Numbered from the stretch's first letter, positions 1-8,081 are shown. The stretch: 15,844 nt of DNA from Candidatus Hodarchaeota archaeon (GCA_029856365.1 JAHQWW010000085.1:1-15844), one strand, 5' to 3'. Notes: generated by a model not told the origin, from the sequence alone. A program made the numbers and translations.

Positions 1-507
1 TAAGTGCAAACTAATTATATACAAGCGAGTTCGTCAGATCCTCTCCCCTCGAGAGAAATCATTTTGCAATGGCCTAAAAAAGAATGCAAATTATTAAATC
101 GACGACTTACTGATAAAAACATACTTATTCTTCTTAGTCAAAAAATCTTTCTCTCCTTAGTTCCTTGAATAAGTATTAATTCATTATTTAACCGTATGAT
201 GATTTAGGAAGCAGATTCACTGAAGGTCCTTCAATTATTAGTCATATTTTTATACGTCGCAAAATAACTCTTTGACGACACAATTATTACTTAATTTCAA
301 GATATGTGTGAGAACTCTGAAGATCTTCCATTTCAAACGCCACAAAAATTTAGAAAATTCAATAAGAAAAAGGATTTTCTTAGGATGGTTTATCAATACA
401 CATGATTTTTTGTAATTAAAGATAATACGGGACTTTATTCAGCTTTACTATCCCCATTGATGGCGCAAATGTCTTGATACTTACTATTATAGCAAAGAGG
501 ATGAATT

Positions 508-1959
508 ATGCCTGCGCCCACAAAACATCATCTTATAATTGGAGACTGTACAAAAACTAAGAAAATTCTCGATTTCCCGGCTATTGATCTTTTATTGACC
601 TCACCACCATATTTTAATGCACCTTTCGATTATAGTGACCTTTTTCATAACTATGAAACCTTTTTAGGTATGGTAGATAAGTTTGGAAAACTTTACTTTA
701 AAACTTTGAAACCTGGGGGAATCGTTGGTCTCAATATTGATGATATGCTCATCGAAGGCGTCAAATATCCAATTATATCGGATATCCTAAAGATATTTTC
801 TAATATAGGTTATCTATTGAAAGGAAAAATTATATGGAGAAAACCTGAGGGATATATTCGCATTAGCAGACGAAGTGGGGTTTTATTACAGAATCCATAC
901 CCAATGTATTATTATCCTGATAACCTTCTCGAAGTTATCTTAATCTTTCAGAAACCATCACATATGAATCTTACAAGCAATAAAATAATGTATTTTGAAG
1001 ATATATGGGAGATGACTAATGTTCTACCTTTGAAAGGACGGCTCGAAACTAATATTGCTGCGTTTCCAGAAGAACTGCCTAGGAGACTCATCAATATTTT
1101 TACAACAAAGGGATCATGGGTTTGTGACCCATTTCTTGGATCAGGAACCACAATGAAGGTTGCACGGGAGTTAAGGCGACATTCAATAGGTGTTGAAATC
1201 CTAGAACAACTATTACCTATAATCAAGATGAAAATTGGTTTTACTTCAGAGAATCTTACAAGCTACTTGGATTTAGATCAATTAATAATTAATAATCTCC
1301 AACCAGATGAAAAAGAAGACGAAATCAACCACCAAGTTTCAAGTCATTCCTTGCTTCCCCTTGCATTAAAGAAACACAAATCTCTCAATAACGAATATAA
1401 ATATCATTTATTACTCTTAGATTGTAGAAATATTTCAAAGAATGCGTTGAACGAGTCATTTTTTAAACTAATTAACAAATTATTTCCTGGTCGGATATTA
1501 GCTGTCATGTTTGAATCTTTAAATAATTCAAGCAATATATTAGCTCTTAATCAAGTAACTGATTCTATTATGCGCCATGGATTACGATTACGCGATAGAA
1601 TAACAGTCCAACATCAACCAGACTGGCATTGGGAAGTTATTACTAATTACAAAACTAGAGTAGTTTTTCATCATTGTTTCTATGAAGTTTTTTTGTTCCA
1701 AAAAGGAAAATTCAATTATAAAGGTAAATCTATAAGGGAAAAACAGGACTGTCTTATTAATAAACGTCAATTTCAGAAAGAAAAATGGTACCTAACGTTA
1801 TGGGATTTCAGAAATCAACCAAGAAATGAATGTGATTCAATTGTCACAAGTAGATTATTAGAGTTATTTCTTTTCAATGATGAAATTATTTGCACAAATA
1901 TCAAACAAATATCTTGTTCACAAAGACGATTTTCCACTGAGTATTTCACCTTAAGGTAA
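508..1959 (+). CDS. Beta-class N4-cytosine/N6-adenine DNA methyltransferase with a fused C-terminal degenerate methyltransferase-like domain
   Basis: Catalytic motif IV TSPPY (nt 598-612) precedes SAM-binding motif I DPFLGSGTT (nt 1126-1152), the beta-class order. Other typical elements: LKPGG, IIWRKP, AAFPEELPRRLI, RHSIGVEI. Residues from about 298 to 483 repeat the fold without the catalytic motifs. SD-like GAGGA at 497-501. Confidence 0.9.
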   Translation: MPAPTKHHLIIGDCTKTKKILDFPAIDLLLTSPPYFNAPFDYSDLFHNYETFLGMVDKFGKLYFKTLKPGGIVGLNIDDMLIEGVKYPIISDILKIFSNIGYLLKGKIIWRKPEGYIRISRRSGVLLQNPYPMYYYPDNLLEVILIFQKPSHMNLTSNKIMYFEDIWEMTNVLPLKGRLETNIAAFPEELPRRLINIFTTKGSWVCDPFLGSGTTMKVARELRRHSIGVEILEQLLPIIKMKIGFTSENLTSYLDLDQLIINNLQPDEKEDEINHQVSSHSLLPLALKKHKSLNNEYKYHLLLLDCRNISKNALNESFFKLINKLFPGRILAVMFESLNNSSNILALNQVTDSIMRHGLRLRDRITVQHQPDWHWEVITNYKTRVVFHHCFYEVFLFQKGKFNYKGKSIREKQDCLINKRQFQKEKWYLTLWDFRNQPRNECDSIVTSRLLELFLFNDEIICTNIKQISCSQRRFSTEYFTLR

Positions 1960-1975
1960 TTTTCCTTAAAAAAAC

Positions 1976-1981
1976 GAGGAG
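1976..1981 (+). promoter_or_regulatory. Shine-Dalgarno site for the AOR-like gene
   Basis: GAGGAG lies 10 nt upstream of the TTG start at 1992, inside a 32-nt gap after the methyltransferase stop codon. Confidence 0.65.
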
Positions 1982-1991
1982 TAGATCATTA

Positions 1992-3821
1992 TTGCTAAAA
2001 ACATGGAACCCACAATTCGTAAAGCTTGACCTGACGGAAGAAAAGGTTTCTCCACAGAAACCAATTGAAAAAAGAGTTATTGAAAATTTTCTGGGTGGCC
2101 GTGGAATAACTGTTTATCTTGGTTATCATACAATTCCGACTGATGCTAGTCCACGTGGGCCTGATAATGCGGTAATCTTTGGGACAGGAGTTCTTACTGG
2201 AACATTATTCCCATCAACAGGCATGGTGGTTGCAACTTTCAAATCTCCCCAAACAAACACACTATTTACTTCAGTAGCTACTGGACAGTTTGGTGCAAGT
2301 TTGAAACAAGTTGGTTTGGACTTTTTCCAAATATCTGGCTGCGCAAAAACTCCCAAATATGTTGTAATAGATGAATTTTCTGATGTAACACTTGAGGATG
2401 CAGACCAAATTTGGCAAAAGACTATATCAGAGACAGATGCTTGGTTACGTACAAAACATGGGAATGATGCTTGTATTGCTTCAATAGGCCTTTCAGCTGT
2501 TAATCAGGTAACTTTTGCTGGATTAGCGGTTGATCGTGTACACTTTTTTCGTCGTGGAGGATTAGGAGCTGTCTTAGCCTCAAAAAACATCAAAGCGATC
2601 GTAATCACAGAATCCCCTCACATAAAGGAATTAAAGGGATTAACATCTGAATTTATTGATGATTTTAACAGATTTCTTGAGCAAAAGCCTTGGTTCAAAA
2701 TGCTTCATAACCGAGGAACCTTTTCGACAATATTTCCTACTATTGAAAACACTGTTCTTCCAGCAAAAAATTGTACTCGTTTATTGCAGCTAGCCCCTGA
2801 AAAAATATCTTCTTTTCAAGGCTATGGAGAGCCTTTTCAATGTTGGCAATGCCCGATGCAATGCCAGCGTAATTCTTATCAAGCTTTCGTTGCATTGGGA
2901 CCGAATTTGAAAATAGTGGATATAGAACGGATACAAAAAGCCATTGAATCCTGTGATAACGAAGCACTCGATCCGCTCTCTACAGGAGCCGCTCTTGCTT
3001 CACTATTCAACATCCAAGAAGATCGGAGAAAACTGTTAGATATTGATCTTGGATTTCAATGGAATAACCCTGAAATCTATTCTCTGATTGATAAAATCAT
3101 TAGAAGAGAGGAGTTAGGAGATCAGCTATCTCGTGGCGAAATTTATCTCTATCAACAGACTAGTGAGCCTTCTCCTATGATTAAAAATCAGATGGGCGGA
3201 ATGTATTATTATCCTAATATCCTAGGATTGAGTCTCGCGACGAGTATTTCCCCATATGGAGCTAATAATTTCCGCTCAGATTACATGATCTTTCCTGAAC
3301 TTCTAGGTTATCCTTTCAAGCTCAATCCAAGTTCTAAAAGAGGAAAAGTCAGAACCATTATTTTATTGGAAAATTATGTAGCAGTTCTAGATTCTCTTGT
3401 AATCTGTTCTAGATACCTTCCTATTTTCTTACAACCACATAGGTGGTTCACTTGGTTATCATCAAATCTACGCAACCGTCTCTTCAATCTTCTTCCTTAT
3501 CCACTTATTGGAAGTTTTGGATTAGAACTGAATACTCTATTATCCATTCTTAAAATCACTTTTGACGAAAAATTTACTTTTAAAAAACTATTAGCAATAG
3601 GAAATCGTACCACACTTCTCGAACGAATCTTCAACACACGGGCAGGAATGACCCGTGATGATGATCACTTTGCTAAATTTCTTAAAAAAAGGCCAGATTT
3701 TTTTAAGAAGCATGATGAACTACTTTCAGAATATTATTTTCGAAAAGGTATCACTCCAAAAGGATTAGTAAACAAGAAAACTCTGCAGAAGACAGGGTTA
3801 CTTGGATTAATTACTATTTAA
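1992..3821 (+). CDS. Aldehyde:ferredoxin oxidoreductase (tungstopterin AOR/WOR) family protein, divergent
   Basis: Family motifs FLGGRG, KSPQT, FGASLKQVGLD, RGGLGAVLASKNIKAI, the Fe-S ligands CWQCPMQC plus DSLVIC, then CDNEALDPLSTG, LERIFNTRAG and EYYFRKG. TTG start with an SD site. Length is typical for the family. Confidence 0.88.
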   Translation: MLKTWNPQFVKLDLTEEKVSPQKPIEKRVIENFLGGRGITVYLGYHTIPTDASPRGPDNAVIFGTGVLTGTLFPSTGMVVATFKSPQTNTLFTSVATGQFGASLKQVGLDFFQISGCAKTPKYVVIDEFSDVTLEDADQIWQKTISETDAWLRTKHGNDACIASIGLSAVNQVTFAGLAVDRVHFFRRGGLGAVLASKNIKAIVITESPHIKELKGLTSEFIDDFNRFLEQKPWFKMLHNRGTFSTIFPTIENTVLPAKNCTRLLQLAPEKISSFQGYGEPFQCWQCPMQCQRNSYQAFVALGPNLKIVDIERIQKAIESCDNEALDPLSTGAALASLFNIQEDRRKLLDIDLGFQWNNPEIYSLIDKIIRREELGDQLSRGEIYLYQQTSEPSPMIKNQMGGMYYYPNILGLSLATSISPYGANNFRSDYMIFPELLGYPFKLNPSSKRGKVRTIILLENYVAVLDSLVICSRYLPIFLQPHRWFTWLSSNLRNRLFNLLPYPLIGSFGLELNTLLSILKITFDEKFTFKKLLAIGNRTTLLERIFNTRAGMTRDDDHFAKFLKKRPDFFKKHDELLSEYYFRKGITPKGLVNKKTLQKTGLLGLITI

Positions 3822-3841
3822 GAGCTATTTCCTTATGAACT

Positions 3842-6800
3842 TTACTTTCCTTTGTCCACTAACTGTAGAGATGACCCTTTTAACATACTCATAATCCCTG
3901 AGAGATAAGAGACAAATTTTTCGTCTGTACTGGCGAAGCCTAGGGTATCGGGCAATACTAGGACAGCACTCTCATCTTTAATAGCTAAAAGCCCTGATAG
4001 TTTCGTAGCTTTTAGTTTATAGAAATTTATATTGACTGGTTTACCAACTTCTGTAGCCCATTTTTTACCTTTTTTAGAGAAATCAAAGTTTGTAATAACA
4101 AAGATACGCTTTTCTGAAGGTATAGTTTTAAGGTCAGCTACAGATAAGAAGGTAGGATTCGATGTAACGATTGTTACTTGTCTGGATGCGGTTTTAATCA
4201 TGTCTTGTACGAACTCATTCTTTGCTTCATCAGTAGCTAATTTAATTAAACGAAGAGAATCTATCGGTTTAACACGAGAAAACTCAGTAGCAAACGCTTG
4301 TAAGATTTCTATTTGTTGCTTGTTTGTGTTTATTAAATTGTTTAAAAAATCTTGAGATCTATTAAGTACCTCTGAAAATTGATTATCGAGTTCTTCTATT
4401 ACGTTTTGAGTAATTTGATTTGTCTTTCCTGTGAGCTCAAGCGAAGTTTTATTAAGATCAGTATTGTAAGAGTCAAGATTTGCATTAAGACTCTTTCTAA
4501 AATCATTGCTTGTATTTTCAACTGTCTCTGATAGTTCTTCCTTGAATTTCGTAAGCTGATCTAGTAATTTTGCATTCTGTTCAACGATAATAGCCGACAA
4601 TTTAGAAAATAAACTTTTAATTTGTTCTCGTGATTTCTCAACCTCTTTAATGGTCATCTGAATACTATCAGTCAAGTCTACGGATAATGTTTCGATATCC
4701 TCAGCCGTTGATTGTGAAAAATTAAGTAATATTTCATTTAATTCAGTTTTCATTTCAGAAAAGTCGAGATTTTGACTTTCTTCTTTCAGATATTTGTGCA
4801 ATTGATTTGAAAGCGCTGTTTGTGAGCTGGAAATTAAATCTCCTAAATCTTCCAAATAAGAAGATAGATCTTCTGCTGTTTGGGTGTGAGCTGCTTCATA
4901 TGATGTTACTAATTCGGGGATCAATTGTTGGTCAAATTGCTCTATGTGCGCCTTCAAACTTTCAGAAATCACAGATTTCAAACGTTTGTTTGCTAGTTTA
5001 ATCTTCTTCTGGATCTCACGTAATCCAAGGATATCATCTTTAGAGGTTTCAAGATCTAAGATTGTACTGAAAGATGTTATTGTTTCTTCAATATTTGTCT
5101 GAACTATTACTTCTAAATTCTCGAGATTTGCCTCAATAGCTTTATCTATGGCATTTGATACATCCTGTAACTTTGTTCTGCCTTTTTCCATTTCCTTATT
5201 CCAGTATTCTATGAGACTTGCTAAGTTTTCCTCTGTTTTCTCCTCTAACTCATGATTTGAACGTGAACGTTCCTGAATTAAATCATCAAAAACCTGAGAA
5301 AATTCCTGAGACTGTTCGGGGATTTTTATTTGGAATTCTTGATCTTGATGCACAATAAAATCTTTAATTCCTGTACTTAATCTTTCTACAGTCTCAGATA
5401 ATTCACTTTTTAAAGTTCCTATCTCTTCTTGAACTACTTTGGTAGAATTCTCAATCTCAGACGTTACAAAACCCGTCGTAACATTAATCTGGTTTTCTAG
5501 ATCTGTTAGGGAGTCTGTATAATAGAGATCGATGTCTTCTGTGATCCTATTAAGACTATTAGTTGCACTCTGTAAAGAATCAGTTACTAATGTTGTAAAT
5601 TTATCTCCGCTATCTTGAACCTGTCGCAATAAGTTATTAACCTCCCCAATAGTAGACTCTGAATAACCGCTATAATAGGCTTCAAGTTCCACCATAGCGT
5701 CTTTAACTTTTTTATTCTGATTTATAACATCTGATTCTATCTGATTTATAAAAGATAAGATATCACTTGTTCCTCTTTCTTGATATTTTTCAATATTCGA
5801 TTTTTGTAGATCAATTACTTCTGTGGTTGTCTGATGACTCTCATTGATTAAATCAGCGACAACTTTCTTACTTTCTTCAATAGTTTTGTTCAGGTCAACT
5901 GTAAATTTTGAAAGTTGTTCCACAGTTTGACCTGAAAATGAATCTATTATTGTATTCAGGTTGATTTGTTGATTTTCACTATTTTTTTCTATTTGATTGA
6001 GCTGATTCTCTAATTCTAATGTGAATTCAGTTTTTATTTGACTAAAACCCTCTTTAATGACTTCAAGTGTTCTATCTAGATGGCTTTGTAAAGCTGTATC
6101 TAATTGAGTAATATATTCAGCAGAATCTTTTTGATTTTGAGTAAAAATATGATCGATATCATTTTTCACTTGAGTGACCGAAACTTGAAGTGCTGATTCC
6201 ACATTGGTGGTAATATTCTCTGAAGAAAGCCTTTCAATGATATCCCCATAACCTCCTTCAATTGAGTTTATAACCTGTTGAAAGTTCCGGGCTATAGCTT
6301 CAAGCTCAGTGTTCATAACTTTAGCTCTTTGTTCAAATCTAAGCTCTACTTTATCCAAATATGCTTCTTGAAGATTAGAAACGGTACTATTTAATTGTGT
6401 TGTAGAGCTAATGACTTTTTGAATTTCATTTTTGCTTTCTTCCAAAGTCTCCTTAAATGAGGTCTCAATTCTCTTTTGTGTACTTGATAAAGAGCCATAG
6501 ATATCTTCAACAGGTTTTAACGATGATTCACTCATCCCGTCCTGGATTTCCATAACAGAATTGTTTAGGGAGTTTTTTAACAAAGTTTTAAAATTATTAG
6601 ATTGCATAGGAACCGATATCAGTATGTTTCCAAGTAATTGTACAATTGATTGAGATAATCGTTGAAAATGACTGACATCCATGTCTTTTCTTGCAATTGA
6701 TTTTTCAATCGTAGTATGAAATGAATGGATAAGTCCTTCGAATTCTTTACTCTGTTGGGTTAACCTTGTTTTTGCAGAACGCCGAATTTCTTCCATGATA

Positions 6801-8023
6801 TCAGTAGTAGCTTTTTGTACACGACGATAACTTGTTTCCATTGTGTTTAAATCGGCAGACAAGTGAGCTTGAAATTGTCGTTTAAATGTCTCTGAAACGG
6901 TCGTTAATCTTTTTTCTGAAGACAACTTGGTTATTTCTGTATTTAAAACATCCAAAGGTGTTCTTTGTTCTTGGATTAATTCAGAAGCATTCTCAACAAA
7001 CTCTTTGAATTCGGTTTTTATTTGATTTGAACTATTTTTAATAGCATTATTTGTTTGTTGTTTCACTTCTTCAACTGCTTGGTTGATCTCTATATCTATT
7101 TCGTTGGCTAGGTTTTTCACCACAGCCTGTAAAACTTTAATTACCTCTTCTCCTAAAGTTACTTGTACCCTTTGACGAACTTCTTTTAGAAACTCTTTCT
7201 CCTGTTTCCAAGATTCCTGCAGACCTGTGTTAAGATTTGTCTTAAAATCTTCTGCAAAAGATTCTGTATTAGCAAAAAATTCTTGAATCTGATTTGTAGA
7301 CTCCACTTCTATCGCTGTGACAACATCTGACAATTGAGATTGAATAGATGTTATTTTCTTTACAGCTACCTTGATAATTTCGGATAATTCTTGTTCATAT
7401 TTGGCAATAGATCCCTTAAGAGTTCGTGTCCCTGTTTCAGGGATAGTTTGGAAACCACCAAGAGCTTTCAGCCATTCTTTTTCAAAATTTGATGATTCAG
7501 AAGACAAAGAGGTCTGGAATTCCGTAAGTAAATCAGAAGACCCTGTAGAAAACAACGATAACATTGACTCTGCAAGCTCATCTGTCCGCTTTGATCTTTG
7601 TTGTTCTATTTCATCGAATTTTTCTTTCAAGGATGTTTGTAGCATATTACTTGAAGCCTTAGATTCCTCGAACTGTGTTTCAAGGGATTCACGAAGTTTT
7701 TCTAAGTTTCCATCAATTGATTTTCGATATTCTTGAAATATTTCTGCCTGATCCTTTTTATTAGTTTCAATCTCTTTGGAACTATTGTTAAACATAGTTA
7801 TGACGTTTTCTAGTGGAAGAGATTGAAAATATATTCCTGTTTCTTCATCTAAACGAATAAATCCTTTAGTAAGTAACTTTGAAAGGGCTTGTTCTGCTTT
7901 TTCAACATTTAAGCCTGTTGCTAGTAATAATTCCTGTTTCGTTTGGCTACCAAGCCTCACCAATGATAAAAATACTTCATTCTCGGTTTTGGATAATGAA
8001 TATCCATTTTCAGATCCTGACAT
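3842..8023 (-). CDS. Giant helical/coiled-coil protein with an N-terminal TrmB-like winged HTH and a C-terminal TrmB effector/PLD-like domain
   Basis: The N-terminus LSKTENEVFLSLVRLGSQTKQELLLATGLNVEKAEQALSKLLTKGFI...YFQSLPLE fits the TrmB wHTH pattern. About 1180 aa of E/Q/K/S/T/L/I-rich amphipathic helix follow, with no Cys and few Pro. The last ~140 aa (DMIKTASRQVTIVT...LLAIKDESAVLV...GFASTDEKFVSYL) fit the TrmB C-terminal PLD-like fold. No Walker A motif. Confidence 0.8.
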   Translation of the reverse strand: MSGSENGYSLSKTENEVFLSLVRLGSQTKQELLLATGLNVEKAEQALSKLLTKGFIRLDEETGIYFQSLPLENVITMFNNSSKEIETNKKDQAEIFQEYRKSIDGNLEKLRESLETQFEESKASSNMLQTSLKEKFDEIEQQRSKRTDELAESMLSLFSTGSSDLLTEFQTSLSSESSNFEKEWLKALGGFQTIPETGTRTLKGSIAKYEQELSEIIKVAVKKITSIQSQLSDVVTAIEVESTNQIQEFFANTESFAEDFKTNLNTGLQESWKQEKEFLKEVRQRVQVTLGEEVIKVLQAVVKNLANEIDIEINQAVEEVKQQTNNAIKNSSNQIKTEFKEFVENASELIQEQRTPLDVLNTEITKLSSEKRLTTVSETFKRQFQAHLSADLNTMETSYRRVQKATTDIMEEIRRSAKTRLTQQSKEFEGLIHSFHTTIEKSIARKDMDVSHFQRLSQSIVQLLGNILISVPMQSNNFKTLLKNSLNNSVMEIQDGMSESSLKPVEDIYGSLSSTQKRIETSFKETLEESKNEIQKVISSTTQLNSTVSNLQEAYLDKVELRFEQRAKVMNTELEAIARNFQQVINSIEGGYGDIIERLSSENITTNVESALQVSVTQVKNDIDHIFTQNQKDSAEYITQLDTALQSHLDRTLEVIKEGFSQIKTEFTLELENQLNQIEKNSENQQINLNTIIDSFSGQTVEQLSKFTVDLNKTIEESKKVVADLINESHQTTTEVIDLQKSNIEKYQERGTSDILSFINQIESDVINQNKKVKDAMVELEAYYSGYSESTIGEVNNLLRQVQDSGDKFTTLVTDSLQSATNSLNRITEDIDLYYTDSLTDLENQINVTTGFVTSEIENSTKVVQEEIGTLKSELSETVERLSTGIKDFIVHQDQEFQIKIPEQSQEFSQVFDDLIQERSRSNHELEEKTEENLASLIEYWNKEMEKGRTKLQDVSNAIDKAIEANLENLEVIVQTNIEETITSFSTILDLETSKDDILGLREIQKKIKLANKRLKSVISESLKAHIEQFDQQLIPELVTSYEAAHTQTAEDLSSYLEDLGDLISSSQTALSNQLHKYLKEESQNLDFSEMKTELNEILLNFSQSTAEDIETLSVDLTDSIQMTIKEVEKSREQIKSLFSKLSAIIVEQNAKLLDQLTKFKEELSETVENTSNDFRKSLNANLDSYNTDLNKTSLELTGKTNQITQNVIEELDNQFSEVLNRSQDFLNNLINTNKQQIEILQAFATEFSRVKPIDSLRLIKLATDEAKNEFVQDMIKTASRQVTIVTSNPTFLSVADLKTIPSEKRIFVITNFDFSKKGKKWATEVGKPVNINFYKLKATKLSGLLAIKDESAVLVLPDTLGFASTDEKFVSYLSGIMSMLKGSSLQLVDKGK

Positions 8024-8031
8024 TAAAACAA

Positions 8032-8038
8032 CACTCCT
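8032..8038 (-). promoter_or_regulatory. Shine-Dalgarno site for the giant TrmB-like gene
   Basis: The minus strand reads AGGAGTG 8 nt upstream of the ATG at 8023. Confidence 0.6.
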
Positions 8039-8081
8039 AGTTATTTTATTGTGATATTAAATTGATTGAACCAGTTGAATA

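Noticed and set aside
25-52. GCGAGTTCG...ATCCTCTCCCCTCG, loosely like a tRNA T-arm and 3' end (possible att-site remnant)
   Set aside because: The T-stem does not pair, there are extra bases after TTCG, no cloverleaf forms, and no integrase is in the window.
948-2967. Minus-strand ORFs 948-1226, 1588-1770, 2126-2356 and 2740-2967
   Set aside because: They are antisense shadows inside the well-supported methyltransferase and AOR-like genes and have no recognisable motifs.
4032-7736. Plus-strand ORFs 4032-4355, 4807-5001 and 7371-7736
   Set aside because: They are antisense shadows of the 1393-aa gene, and their composition reflects the codon bias of the opposite strand.
3842-8023. SMC/Rad50, chemoreceptor or phage tape-measure annotation for the giant helical protein
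   Set aside because: It has no Walker A/B or ABC signature, no hinge or zinc hook (no Cys at all), no transmembrane segments, no chemoreceptor hairpin motif and no phage neighbours.
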